Source: Octopus vulgaris
Taxonomy: Eukaryota
Assembly (NCBI GenBank): GCA_951406725.2
Contig: OX597819.1
Location: 16,926,001-16,990,000 of the forward strand
Direction: 5' to 3'
Length of the DNA stretch: 64,000 bases
Of this stretch, positions 27,689-41,963 are shown piece after piece. Under the pieces are notes generated by a model. The model was given only the letters and a program-made list of their open reading frames with translations, made no database searches and had not been told where the DNA came from. Each line of letters starts with the position of its first letter. Within the stretch, counting starts at the first letter, position 1. The position numbers were made by a program, and so were the translations under genes.

Positions 27689-27717
<29 letters not shown>
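27447..27717. repeat. (CATA)n microsatellite
   Basis: Direct inspection. Confidence 0.96.
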
Positions 27718-27719
<2 letters not shown>

Positions 27720-28070
27720 TACGCATTTCAGGTTATTTGCATCGTTGGTGACGTCCTGTACCCACATATGCATCTATCTATCTATCTATCTATCTATATG
27801 TGTTTCTATATACGTATACATACATAAATACATACATTCTTACACACACACATACCATACAGTGCAGCTAGACAACCTTGAAATTACGAAATAATAACAA
27901 CAACAACAACAGCAACCAGTAGCAACAACAATAATAATAATAATATTAGCAAAAATGTCATAGTTAAATAAATAAAGAGTAAAACACAAGCAGGCAGTAG
28001 TAGACTTATATTTAACCTTCAGTGCGTCTGGCTGCGAACCATGAATAAGAAAGGTCTGTCTGTCTGTGAG

Positions 28071-28074
<4 letters not shown>

Positions 28075-28104
<30 letters not shown>

Positions 28105-28381
28105 TGTATGTATGTATGTATGTATGTATGTATGTATGTATGTATGTATGTATGTATGTATGAATGTATGTATGTATGTGTGTGTGTGTATGTATGTATG
28201 TATTATGTATGTATGTATGTATGTATGTATGTATGTATGTATGTATGTATGTATGTACGTATGTATGTATGTATGTGTGTGTGTGTATGTATGTATTATG
28301 TATGTATGAATGTATGTATGTGTGTTTGCATGCATGTATATAAATGTATGTGTGTGTGTGTATGTATGTATGTATGTATGT
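28075..28381. repeat. (TATG)n microsatellite
   Basis: Direct inspection. Confidence 0.96.
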
Positions 28382-28507
28382 AGCTTATACATTTATGCAT
28401 GTTTTGTGTGCGCGTAGGTGTTTAACGTATACGTTAACAATGAAGAAATTACGTCAGTATTTGTGATTTGGCACGTGCGTATGTGTGTCTGCATGTGTGT
28501 GTGAGAT

Positions 28508-28541
<34 letters not shown>

Positions 28542-28622
28542 CAATATGCGAATTATAAATATACTTACAAAGCTAAAAATATAACATTGCTTTTAATAGG
28601 TGTGACAGAAATTGTGCTGTTG

Positions 28623-28664
<42 letters not shown>

Positions 28665-29569
28665 GCGCGTGCGTACACACACACGTAACTATTTATTTTA
28701 GTTACGGCCTGCACTTCGAGTCACTCCCTTCATCCGCTATCAGCTAGATATCACAACGATTTCGGTACCTTAATACCAGTCCCTCCAGCAGTGCCATGCT
28801 GCATTGATGTTACCAGGGAATGTCTGGGTTCTTTTAGTTCACACTGTATAATTAGAGGAGCAACAAGAACACCAAGAAATACACACCACAGCATCAGCTA
28901 TAAAAGTCAGGAACCAGTGTAGAAACATGAAAGACATGTATCCATCATAGCTTGGAAGTTTTTACCAGCTTCTTACGTTTATGTTGCACCTACCAGGAAA
29001 AAAAAAAAAAATCAGAGATGTCGTTGGACAGGGGAGGTTAACCGCCTTTCATCCTGTCTTCCTGTTATGTTCCTACTCTGCCCTTCCTTCCTTCCTTCCA
29101 TGTTTTCTTTCTTTTTAAAAGGAAATTTGACGTAGCTATTTTATTGTAGTTTATATGTTGGTGTGGATAGGAAAGACGATGGAATGGGGAGAGGTAGGAA
29201 TGGAAAGATAGGAAGAGAGATAGTACAAGGAGAGAGAGAGAGAGAGAGAAAGGAACTGAGAGGGGGGCGTATAAAAGCGTATTGAAATACGGTGGGAGTT
29301 TAAATAAGTGTTGTATGAAGATTTATTTGCAACGGAAGTTAACTTGAAATTACTCCATCATACAACTTGTATGCTTGCAAGTTGCCTGTATTTATTTATA
29401 CCTATACATGTGTATGTATGTATAATTGTACCCACGTATGTATGAATGTATTTATGAATATTTTCATGTAGGTATATGTGTGTGTGTGCGCGCGTGTGTG
29501 TGTGTGTGTATGCGTATGTGCTCACTTGAGTGTATGTTTGGGTGTGTAAGCATGTACATGTATAATATA

Positions 29570-30000
29570 TCATTTGGATCGTAGATTTCCTGGCAGACTG
29601 AACCATTGCAGCCTATGCCTAAGGGGTCTTTCTCTCTCTTTCTGACCCACATTCTGTCAACTCCAGTGTACCGCAAATTCAGTAATGTCTTACACAGTCT
29701 CCCTTCCATAAATTAACGACATACTAGCTGACCCCTTTAATAACATACACGCCTATATAGGTGATTCCTCCCTCGCCCATCATTCAGTTTCCGCTCACAA
29801 ACCTCAGTACAACGAGTTATACTTACATTACCTCCATGAAGAGAGACCTTCACAACGTTTCCAATAGAGACATGATAACGCAGTCTATTTCAATAGAATA
29901 ACCTTTTAATTAGTTTACAAGGTCAAGGAAACAGTTTGTTCTTCACTCTCTCTAGTCAAGGGCATCTCACATCTGAAAGTCTACATTCATTACTAGTGCT
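29570..30000 (+). mobile_element. Old CR1/Jockey-like RT fragment
   Basis: WIVDFLAD...SLSDPHSVNSSVPQ...INDIL resembles RT domains 4-5. Confidence 0.55.
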
Positions 30001-30079
30001 ATGCTTAAAATCACTGATTTCTTTAATATCGGAACTCAAATATATATGTATGAATGTATGAATTAATGTATCTCTCTTT

Positions 30080-30159
<80 letters not shown>

Positions 30160-30405
30160 TTGATATAACTTTGATAACTTTCGGCCAGTATAGTCCCACG
30201 CCATGTCTAAAGAGCAACACCTGATGAAGTATTTTAGTCATATATGGAGCACCATTGCCCACTCTAGCAAAGAGTTATTGTTGTTGGAGACATATTCGGG
30301 TGCAGGAGCTTTGTCCGGGATTTTTTGAAGTAATTTGTGCAGTGAATATTTGAATTTTATAGGATCCGGAAATGGATGCGTGGCGTTCAATCAAATAACA
30401 ATATA

Positions 30406-30481
<76 letters not shown>

Positions 30482-30495
30482 GCATATACACATAA

Positions 30496-30547
<52 letters not shown>

Positions 30548-30557
30548 ACACACACAG

Positions 30558-30622
<65 letters not shown>

Positions 30623-30629
<7 letters not shown>

Positions 30630-30732
30630 GAAAGAAGGTTTGAAAATGCAATTTAAAAGATGTCTATTTACTTTACCGGTAAAGTAAATAAACATCTTTT
30701 AAATTGCATTTTCAAACCTTCTTTCGTATATA
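30623..30732. repeat. Spacer-less palindrome, 55-bp arms, 1 mismatch
   Basis: Centre acc|ggt at 30677/30678; the only mismatch is 30664/30691. Confidence 0.97.
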
Positions 30733-30767
30733 ATTCCACTCGTGCGGTACTCCACAACTACACTTTG

Positions 30768-30836
<69 letters not shown>

Positions 30837-30861
30837 TATACCTATATACATATATATATAT

Positions 30862-30923
<62 letters not shown>

Positions 30924-33649
30924 GTACGGACACAAATTTATTTAATCTTTGGTTGCTGTTGCATTTTCGTGTAATTCGCAAAGAAAGTAAATTGTTGTCA
31001 CTACCATCCAAAATCGAATAAAACTGTGTGTAAAAGAAAATGAATATATCTTTCTGTAAACTGAGATGCCCACAGTTATTTGTCAGTTAGTTATGAATTG
31101 AACATCGTCTTGTGGGCTTTATGAATCGAATTTGAATTTATTCGAGGAAACGGCTAATCATACGTCCCACGTTGTACAGGATAATTTGACGCAGTCGAAA
31201 GTAGTACTTGTAATGTCATAATTTTGGACTGCATGTCCGGAAAAAGGGTCTGCTATCTACGTTAGATCAAGGGTATCATAAGCAGTACGGTGTCATTGGA
31301 GATTTTGGCGAAGATTTGTTTCCATATGAGCCGATCATGAAAATTTTATTTGGTGTAATGAAGCAAGAATTATGTATCAGACTAAGAAGTTAAAAATGAA
31401 CCATAAAGAATATCCTGCATGGACACAATGTCACAAACGATTTGGAAGGGTGGGGTATATTTTTATAAATCGTTTTCTATGGTCTTTTGTATTCGTAAGT
31501 CAGGGAGGACAGGCACCGCCTGTGACTCTTTAGCAGGCTTCTAAGTCTAATGGGAGGTAGGGAAAGAGGAAGATATCCCCAAACATGAGACCTAACCCGA
31601 ATACTTGCAACAGATTGGATTTTGTCTAATTGGTGGTGTTAAACAGGGTAACGGATTAAATCTACTATCTCCTTTAACATCGTCGCCTGGTGTTTGCGTG
31701 TTTCTAGCTTCAGGAATGATGAAAGGCAACATGGACTACTGAGTAATTTAGAATGTAAAGAAAGGCAAATAAAGGCTAAACATTTTTTGTTCGGTGCTTT
31801 GCTGACCCGGCCTTCTATCGAATAGAGAAATGATAAAAACAAACAAACAAACAAAGCGAGACATTCTATAGTATTTGTTTCTTAACATAATTTCGTGTAA
31901 TTAGACATAATCTTTAAGGAAGTTTTGCATATATACATATAACCCATTAACGACCTTACTTTAAAAATATTATTTATTAAAAGCGAACACTCATGGAATC
32001 TTTACGTGGAGTACCATCTTGCAAAATCTCTTTCAATGTTTCTGTGTTCTCTTAAGTTAGGACGATCATATTGGATAATGTAGTCATAGGCTCAGAGTCT
32101 GAATTAAATCTGGAGTGGTCCCAGTGAGAACATTTTTTAATTAGAGGTGTGCTCTATCAGATTTAACTTGGGTATAAACAACAACAATATCAATAACCGA
32201 TCGAATAAACGAACAGCTGATTTTAACAATGTTTACATCCTGGATAATTGTCTGATCAGCAATGTGGACAAAAACCTACGATCTTAAGTGGTTTATCAGA
32301 TTGAATACGATCAAGACAAAGCCTATATCGGAAATACTAGACTTCGTCTGCTTATAAGTATGCCAATGAACATCTTATATGTGAATAATGTGATCGATTA
32401 ACAAAAGAGATATTTAGACAAATGCTGCACCACGACAATTATAAGAAAAAAAAACTGTTGACGGAAATATTGGTTATCTCTTTGCGATAAGAATAAAACC
32501 GTTGACAAAAATGCTGGCTGTCTCGTTTTAGTAGGTCAGCACGCCCAAAATTCAAATACTTTGGACATATATGAAATTGATTGTATTTGAAAAATTATAT
32601 AAGAAATTTCATTTGGTGAACATTTCACATACATTGGAAAACACAATTTGTAGCTAAGGCAATTTGACATAAAAAAAAATAGCGTAATCTACATTGAAAT
32701 GTAATTTAGGTGAAAAATAATTCTTTGTGTAATTTTAAACCTATGTATTTACAAATAGGGTGGCATATAAATTGAGTAAAAAATACATCAGGTATCGCAC
32801 ATTTTATAAGTTTTGTTTTGAATTTGTAAACAAATCAAACGTGTAATTTATTGCGTATTTGTACAAAAGACTTAGATAAATCCTGCAAAAGAAATTTTAC
32901 CCGAACATAAAAAATGTGAACTACCTAAATTTCTGTCAGTAGCACATTGACGTGCTGGTTATTTCTACTTACTTGCCTTTTTTTCTTTTATTTTTAGAGA
33001 ACAACCAAGTCAGTATTCAATTAAATATGTAAATTAGCCATTTATATATTCAAATCTCAAATATGCTAATTAGACTTAATAAGTTTTCAAATTTTCGGCT
33101 AGGTTGCATTATTCAATAAAGTTGTTATGTTTTAACTGTCAATATGATTATATTGTATTTGTCAATAGTAACTCTTATTTAAATATACATAAATAATCTT
33201 ATTACTAACTTTTATTGGCTATTCATTTTGTTAATCTCACTAATATTATCACCAGTTTATATTTTCGAAATACCTTCAAATTATAATTTATAAACTGCCG
33301 TGAGTAGAAAACGACATAGAGTGCCCTGTCCACATGAAATTGTACAAAGCCCCCATGAAGGGCTGGAGTTATGTAAGGACAAATATGGGCTGTGTATCAG
33401 GGGCAAGTATTGAACGTCATTTAACCCAGAGAAACCTAAAGCTTGAAGATAAAAAAAAATGGATATTTACAGTAATCAAAGAAATGATTTATAATCTTTT
33501 TTTATATGTTTAATTTTTAAAATCTGAATTCTTTTAAAATTATCGAGCCCTCTTTTGATTTATTGCGCTCTTTTAAATTTAAAAAGCCATTACATTTCAG
33601 AGGCCCTCTGAATCGTTGTTTCGGATAGACAAGAAAATGTATGTACCGT

Positions 33650-33982
33650 CATAGAGATCAGCTGCCCTACTGATGTAAATATGCCTTCGAAAATCAAAGA
33701 GAAAGAGAATAGCTACGTATATTGCTTCGAATCCTTCAGCTTCTATACCTAGATTAGAAATTCACATTTATACCAAAGATAATTGTTGCACTACATTTAT
33801 TAGTAAATGCCCGAGTAACAATTTTGAAAAACTAGGGGTTTCTGAAAAACAAATCAACCACCTAATACGCTTATTATAAATATTATCTGTAAGCGGAACA
33901 GTACATATATGCAAGATTTTTCTCAAGTTCAAAATGTAATATTATCTTTGTTATCTGGATTCCAGCGATAGGGTTATATAGA
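33650..33982 (+). mobile_element. R4/Dong-like LINE 3' end, divergent subfamily
   Basis: EISCPTDVNM...KIKEKENSY...LQLLYLD...SVSGTVHICKIFLKFKM*, followed by (CATA)n. Confidence 0.8.
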
Positions 33983-34022
33983 TACATACATACATACATA
34001 CATACATACATACATACATACA

Positions 34023-35890
34023 TCTGTAAATTCCTTGTCTGTAAATTCCTTGTCATTCATGTTAACGAAGTTAGGATATCGCACTGGTTTACAAGGAAGC
34101 AGAAATACCAAAACTACGCACTGTTTCTTTGTGGATGACATGAAAGTTTATGCAAATAATATGCACAAGATAAAATTGAGTCCTGACCTGGTTACAACAT
34201 TTTCAAAGGATGTAGGGTTGGAATTTGGTCAGGATATATGTTATATGATTGTAAAAAGGGGAAAACTATAAACCAGTCTAGCAACATCTCCATCAACGAC
34301 TTAATTGTTTCCCCTATATCTGATGAGGAATGTTACAGGTATCTAGAGGTGGATGAAAACTTATCTTATAATGGCACCTGTAATAAAACACGTGTCACTA
34401 AAGAATATTACAGTTGAATAAAGAAAATTTGGACCTCAGAACTCTCAGCATTCAATAAAACAGTGACCCGCAATGTGTTTGCTGAGCCAGTACTCATACC
34501 AACATTTGGGCTGTTTGATTGGACGCTTGATGAGATCCGAGCCATTGATGTGAAAACCTGGAAAGTACTAACAAGCACACATAATTTCCACATAAACAAT
34601 GACGTAGACCGCCTCTACCTAAAATGAAAACAAGGCGGCAGAGGCTTATGGTCGATCCAAAATGCCTTTGGATGTCGCATCATATCCCTTCGGCAACATC
34701 TTTTAACCACCAAGTGTCGAAGTGCATTCCTTGACCAAGTTTGCATATATGATGCTGATAACATCATAAGATTTGGAAGGCAGCTCCTTCAACAGCATTC
34801 CTTGTCTGATAACTTTAAATACATGTCCAAAGAAGTCGCACGACTCTACTGCAACATATCATCAGATGAAAGGACGAGCATATGAGCAGAAGATCATGCA
34901 TAGATATGTTACTAGAAAGCTCAAAGATAATAGTAACATTGATAATCAAAACAATCTATCACGGACCAATAACCCGATTACCACCTCCCACTTTGAAGGG
35001 TATGCGTTTGCAATCAAGAACAGGAAATATCAACCAAATACCTGATGCACAAAAGAGATAGAGATGCAGGAAAAGCAGTAAAATGTGACAACCGATGCAG
35101 ACTTTGTGGAGTTAACACCGAAGATATCACCCACACCATAAGCAATTGTCAGAAAATGTTATCACGGTATTATCTACCGCTGAGACATGATTTGTAGCTA
35201 GGTCACTATATAATGAAATCCGTCGGAAGGATAAACCCTACGACAAAGAAATAAAAACCCACAGTATGGTAGAGGCTATAGCCACTCATATAAGAAAGGA
35301 GTACTGGTGGAATGTCCCAGTGAAAACCTCAATAAAATGTAAGCACAACAGACCTGATATAATGGTTTGAGATAGAGAAGAGAAACTGTGTAGAGTTGTG
35401 GAAATTAGCTGCCCAGCAGATGTTAACATAAAGATGAAGATCAGTGAAAAAGAGAACACCTACACTGAACTATTGAGAAACCTACAGTTACTCTATCCGG
35501 ATTACAGGTTCAGGTTTATACCTGTAATTATTGGGGCCCTGGGATATGTAACACACTGCTTAAATACCAATCTTGAGAAATTAGGCTCCTCAGAACCAGG
35601 AAGGAGGAAGCTGGTTTGAACACTACAAATCCAATCCATCATTGGAACTGTAAAAATCTGTAAAACGTTCCAGAAGTTTATCCTTTAGGTATGTATGAAC
35701 ATGTCTAGATATGCAACTATATGCATGAGAAGACATACATAAAACAAAACATACAAATCTGCACATATACATGCATACAAAAATAACGTGTTGTTGATGT
35801 TGAAATTCCAATGATGAGGAGCCTTGGATCTAGGTTAGAAACCGGTCCTTTATCTATTGGCAAGAAATCTTGAAATAAAATTACATAATC
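34023..35890 (+). mobile_element. 5'-truncated R4/Dong-like RLE retrotransposon (RT, zinc knuckle, RLE, 3' UTR), inactivated
   Basis: HCFFVDDMKVY; YRYL; CRLCGVNTEDITH...RHD; KHNRPDI...VEISCPAD...EKENTY; FIPVIIGALG; multiple stops; flanked by (CATA)n-type tracts. Confidence 0.93.
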
Positions 35891-35949
35891 ACGCACACAC
35901 ACATACTTACATACATACATATGATACATAGAATTAGCGTTGATGATTC

Positions 35950-36745
35950 TTTGAAATATTTCACGTTAGTTGACATTTATTGTGGTTCAACAGTAGAAAA
36001 CATTTATCTGGATAATTCAACAAAAATTCCCTCAAATAACTGCAAAATTTTCGAGTAAATATTTGAAATATCTGCTTGCCTGAAAATTCAATTTTTCAGC
36101 GCTTTTTACTTTTGTGAACAGTTTGTTGGATTAGAGAAGCTTGAGGCGTTCGACTCCACCAGTGATAACAAGGGAGGACCAAACTCAGTTATCTCATTAG
36201 TTATGATATTCTCCAATCTCGTCCTTGAAGAAAATTATCAACAAATTAATGAAGGACAGAAAGGAGTTAATATTGCAAGATCAATCTCCTAATGCAGAAA
36301 TAATTCCTGAAAAATGTTGGTTAAGCATATTTCAAACGTATACCGCTTCTCTTTATTGTTAAAATTTATGATTAACCTTATTTCACTGCCTCATTTTTCA
36401 GTAGCTGCTGAAAGTGTTTTCTCCTTATTCAACAACATAAAAGTTAAAAATCTTGCATCTTTGAAATCATTTACCTTAGGTGCGCTAATGAGATCTAAAT
36501 CTTTATTCCAAGACATTAACTTCACGAAGTGGAATTCACCACAACAGCTTTGTGATAGAATAAGGAATAGGTATAATCAGACAATTAATAAAGAAGATCT
36601 TTTTCAATAAAATATAAGCTAAAGTAAATATATTTTCTCTTTTTAAGATATTTTATATATTTGTATTGATATTAAAATTTGGTATGCTTTGTGTATGTAA
36701 CACTTTTCTATACAAAGTTTGGTACTTCCAAAAAATAAACGCTAG
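35950..36745 (+). pseudogene. hAT-like transposase C-terminal (dimerisation domain) relic
   Basis: LISLPHFSVAAESVFSLFNNIK resembles the S.P.S.A..ER.FS motif. Confidence 0.6.
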
Positions 36746-36849
36746 CAGGAACATTCCACCAATTTCCAAATAATCCTAAGCCGGTGGGTCCAGCAGTTAT
36801 GAAGAAATTTTGCGAAATGTCCATTATCCACCACCTTGACAAACCGCCG

Positions 36850-37265
36850 ATCTTTGCTGAAAATAGTCCTATATCAACATGATAAAAAAAAATCTTCCGA
36901 ACCGGACAATGTCCTGGCAGAGATCTTTCAGATGAACGTGTACCTCTATACAAGGGTACTTCAGCCTTATGTCACAGAATTATGGAAGCAGGTGTATATA
37001 ATTCAGCATTGGAAGTAGACTAACATCGCCATTATCTACAAAATAAGGGAGACAGATCTGCTTGTTCCAATAGTAGGAGAAAGCTCTTCTGCAAATTGCT
37101 GTGAAGATCTTTGCCAATGTCATACTTAAATGAATAATCCTGTCAATATAAGAAAACAGTATATCTGCAGCTTCTCAAAGGCCCGAAGCAGTGTCGAAAA
37201 TATTTTAGTTACTAAACAGATTTAGGACAAAATACAAGTAAATATATCAAGACCTATTCATTGCA
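36850..37265 (+). mobile_element. Old RTE-clade RT fragment
   Basis: KKSSEPDNVLAEIF...WK*TNIAIIYK..GDRSACSN matches the RTE RT N-terminal motifs. Confidence 0.7.
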
Positions 37266-37801
37266 ACCGCTTTGTATGTAAACCTGGAGTGTATTATTCA
37301 ATTGCTCGAACAACTGAACACTCATAGTCGAATGACAGAAAAGGGAATCTTTTGCTCATGACTTGACACCAGATGAAATAACACTGCAGATCGCCTTGAA
37401 TGAACGTCAATAAATGAACTAATAGTGACATCTGATAGTGCTCAAATTATTTCAGGTAGCAGGCGGGTTTATAGATAATTACATTGAACCATTACATAAC
37501 TGGTATTTTTATTTTAGAAGGAAGAAAAACAATATCCACTTTAACGAGATTCAAATACCAAATGGAAAATGGTTACAAATGTTTCAATGGACAACTAGTT
37601 GTATTATTTCTAAAATCAACACAGACAGATTTATATTAATTATTAATCAAAATTCGAAGTGAATCAATCAAATTTGTATTGTGAATTCAGAAGCTTTAAA
37701 AAAATATAAAACATTTTAAAAATAATAATTATGTTGTTTGAGGCTATCTTGCAAATAAACGCTAAGAGTTAGTCCTATCTTGTAAACACAAAGCGGTCTT
37801 G

Positions 37802-37847
<46 letters not shown>

Positions 37848-38871
37848 GTGTGTGTTTGTGTGTGTGTTTGCATATGCAAGTATTTGTATATATGTACGTT
37901 TTGACGCAAAAAAATTATAACACAGCTACTTCTCTCAGACGTTGTATACCTTGCTTGTATCAGTGATTCATGCACCTTTCAAAACAATGCCTTGAATAAC
38001 AAGGCCCATACTCCCTAAATATAAAATAAAATTACCCACACCATCAACCAATAGAAACTGCGATTGCATCCAAAGGTATTGCTAATCTCCATTGTGCTGT
38101 CCTCGCCATATATCTTTCAATGGGATATTATCCTCGCCATTGTTTGCCTGACGTACGGAAACGTAAAATTTCAAGTAGTGAATCGTGAGAATCAGCTGTC
38201 AATAAAAACACTGCTCTACATCAATATATAAATCCGTAGCTGCTTAACACAATTATCTGTCCCTGGAATACATGCATCGGAGTCCTTTCTGTTGCAAGGA
38301 TTTGTGACAGGCGCCCACGTTTCGGAGGCGACAGAAAAAAAAAAGTCTTGGTTGATGATTTTCCTCGTCTTAGACTTAGTTCTGCTATGAGCTCTGTAAC
38401 TCATTAGAACCGAACTTTACTCAGTTTCCATGGCATTGGAGTGAATGAACGATTACAACACTTCCCTCTGAACGAGACGTCAATTCGTCGCAGGGTTAAC
38501 TTCCTAGCTATTACAGATGAGTGAACTGGGAATCGAAACTACGATGTTACGATCGTGAGTGCAACATCATAACTATTAAGCCATGCGCCTTTATTTACTA
38601 TGCTATATAACTAGCGATGATGATTAGGATGAGGATGGTGGTGGTAATGCTCATGGTGTTAGTGGGGATATATGTACGATTAAGATGGTGGTGGTGATGA
38701 GAAGGATGCTGATGATGATGGCAACTGCGGTGCATATTTTATTGTATCCACCCACGATATATAACTGCGTGAAAGATGAAATTAACAGCGAGATGATTTG
38801 AACACTGGGAATGAAATATCACAAAACCATCTTGTACTCTACTGATTATGCACCTGCCATATGTTAATAAT

Positions 38872-39300
38872 GATAAATATTCAAATTTTGAGCCAAGACC
38901 AGTAATTTTAGAGAAAGAATGTCAATTCCAGTGCTCAACTGTTACTTAATTTATCGACTCCATACAGATGAAGGACGAAATTAATCTCGGCGGGATTTGA
39001 GCTCTGAACGTAAAGAGCTGCAATAAATACCAGAAGGCATTTTACATTGTCCAACGCACTAATCATACTGCCAATCCTCCGCTGCACTTTCTTATCATTC
39101 CACCGTTCTTATATTTTCTAATATAAGCACATTGGCAGAAATTGAGTGGGCAGGGACTGTCGACTAAATCAACATCTGTACTTGACTGGTATTTCATTTT
39201 ATCGAGCCTGGGAGAAAATAAAAAAGGTAAAGTTATCAACGGCAATATTTGAACTCAGAATGTTATCCAACGCTCTAACGATTCTACCAATTCCCCTCCT
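38872..39300 (-). mobile_element. Two degenerate family A SINE copies
   Basis: Antisense motifs ttatcgac...gaagg...tttga(a/g)ctc(a/t)gaa occur twice. Confidence 0.7.
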
Positions 39301-39529
39301 TTAAATAGATACAAATGCGAACGCACTATCTCGAAGATAGTGTTTTGCCTTGATATCATTGCATCATATATTCCTATAGTAGAAACTTTTCAATAAAAAT
39401 ACCACGAATCCAGTCAGTGAGTTTCTTTCACGTTTATGCACTTCTCTTTAATTTTAGATAGTTTTTGACATTTGGTACCTCTGCATGGTCTGTGATCGTG
39501 TTAGAAATATAATCAGGTCTCACCCTATC

Positions 39530-39889
39530 GTCTTAAGGAACGTCTTGTTCGATCTTCATCTTCAAGGCTGAAATCCCCACTTTGAATTTTGCAAACCATC
39601 TGCCGCAAGTTCTTTCATTCAAGCATTCTTTCCCATAAACTGAGTTTCCTTTTTTGTACTCATAAAGCATTATGTGCCTCAAATGCTGCGTGGATACTTC
39701 CATGTTACAAAGGGTCTCCATCAAAGAAATTTTAATTTTATTATTCTGTAAAATAATATTTAATTAGTTTACATATACACAAATGCATAAAAATAATTTT
39801 TAATTCCATTAGACATTCTAAAATACTATTAAATTTCACTCAATTTTAAAATAGGTAAAATCGGACAGAACTTATAGGATGACCTGATA
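39530..39889 (-). pseudogene. Mariner transposase 5' end (HTH) with TIR
   Basis: MEVSTQHLRHIMLYEYKKG...ERTCGRWFAKFK; terminus TA-tcaggtcatcctataagttctgtccg on the minus strand. Confidence 0.85.
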
Positions 39890-39994
39890 CATTGTTAATG
39901 ATAACAATGGGTCTTTTATTTGCCACAGAGTTGACCACAAGAGCACATTACAAGGACAACTTGCAAAACCTGAAGGCGCTTTTCAGAGTACATT

Positions 39995-40201
39995 GTTTAT
40001 CTTTTATCTTTTACTTGTTCCACTTACTAACTGCAGCCCCCAGACTCATTTATCTTAAGCTTGCAAATTATTCTATCGCTTTCTTTTGCCAAACCGCTAA
40101 ATTAAGGAGACACGAACACACCAACACCGGTTTTCAAACGTTGGTTGGTGGCAAACAGGCACAAAGGCCAACACACACACACGCGCGCGCGCGCACACGC
40201 G

Positions 40202-40272
<71 letters not shown>

Positions 40273-40416
40273 ACTTTTCATATTTCCGTCAACTAAGTCC
40301 ACTTACAAGGTTCTGGCCGGTCCGAGTCTGTAGAAGACATTTGCCCAAGATGCTACACAGTGGGACTCAGTGTGGACCCATGTGGTTGGGAAGCAAACTT
40401 CTAATACACGGCCACG
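39995..40416 (-). mobile_element. Family B SINE, antisense
   Basis: Head 40270-40416 and tail 39995-40165 separated by (CA)n, mirroring 7619-8080. Confidence 0.8.
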
Positions 40417-41150
40417 TCTGGTCCTCTATGTAGAAAAAAAAACATACATGGAAACCAACAATAGACGCTCCAATTCAGAGTCACAACCAAGGGGCAATTA
40501 CTGAATCTTACAGTTGTAGGTTACTTCAACTTTCAGGAGTAAGCACTCTTTCCTTATTGTATCCTCCAGTTTTCAGGCTTGTACTGATGGTAATCCCATT
40601 CCTTCGGGGCTATACTCGCCAATCTCACTTTTTTACTTACTGGATGCAAAATCTCTTTCTCTCGGAAGAACTTGAAGAAGCCGAAGAAAAAGTATGACCA
40701 AAAAGGGAATCGTCTATCTTCAATCTCTTTAATCATATGCATTATACATACTTTTCCGTCAGTGCACCAAACTGAGGAAAATTGCCTTTCTTTTCCAGTC
40801 AATAGAAAGCGGTAGTGCAATACTCACAATGGATTGTCTGAAAGCCGGATGTGTTTTACACGCAAAAGCAGCTGTTCGACATAATTCGGCAAGTCAGCAA
40901 TGCTACTGAACAAGTGCGTGCAAGAATGCACTTGTTATTTTTCGCTAAACTAGTAATAACTAAATATACAATGATGTGAAAATTTTTTTTTCACTAAAAA
41001 AAATTTAGCATTGGACCAAACTTTTATTAGTTTCCCTATACATAAATAAGTAAAAAATTATGTATACGTGTATGTAAGCATGTATGCACGTATGTACCTA
41101 ACTTTCTCTGTCTGACTGTCTATCTATATCGATTCATTATCATTTCCCCT

Positions 41151-41192
<42 letters not shown>

Positions 41193-41498
41193 AAGATGAT
41201 GATAATGATTGCCTCCTTTTGTGAGGTGAGTTTCATCTCATATTCTGTTTGATTTTCTTTCATCCATAGGACTTTAAAAATACAAAACTGATTAAGAAAT
41301 GAAATGATAGTATCTTTCTCCCAGAAGATCTGCCTTCTCTATGGCTTTTTCAAAAATAATGGGAATCTCATCTACTCCTCAGAATTCTATTTAACATATG
41401 GACGGGAACCTGGCAAGTAATTAAAGGATGACTTGCCACAACTCTAAAACTCCCGAACTAGAATCTCACACCCGATGGCGTTTAATGTCATAACTAGG

Positions 41499-41556
<58 letters not shown>

Positions 41557-41589
41557 CACTCAAACATACACATCCATCCATACGGAACA

Positions 41590-41963
41590 CTCGGATATGT
41601 AACAAACTGCCTCAGCATCAATCTTTAGAAATTAGGCTTCTCAAAATCAAAAAAAGAGAAAGCTAATTCGAAGACTATAGATTTAAGCCATCACTGGAAC
41701 TGTAAAAATTTGCAAAACTTTTCAGAAATTTACCATTGAAATATGTATGCACATATCTCCACATGCATCTATATTCATAAGAATACACACATTAAACGAA
41801 ACACAAATGTGCACATGCACTGACTCCAAATACTGCATACATACACATACATGCAAAGATAACCTGTCGGTGTTGGTGAAATTTTAACGAATAAGCCATG
41901 GATCTAGGTTAGAAACCGGCTCTTTTTTATTTCAAAGGAATCTTGAAATAAAATAAAATAATC
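41590..41963 (+). mobile_element. R4/Dong-like LINE 3' end (same family as 34023-35890)
   Basis: ggaactgtaaaaatttgcaaaac and the 3' UTR tggatctaggttagaaaccgg...tcttgaaataaaa are shared with 35644-35880. Confidence 0.88.

Noticed and set aside
35811-35846. Hammerhead-like atgatga...gaaac in the R4 3' UTR
   Set aside because: Core lacks the C of CUGA, stems I and III are not evident, and the sibling copy at about 41890 lacks the motif; more likely an ordinary 3' stem-loop.
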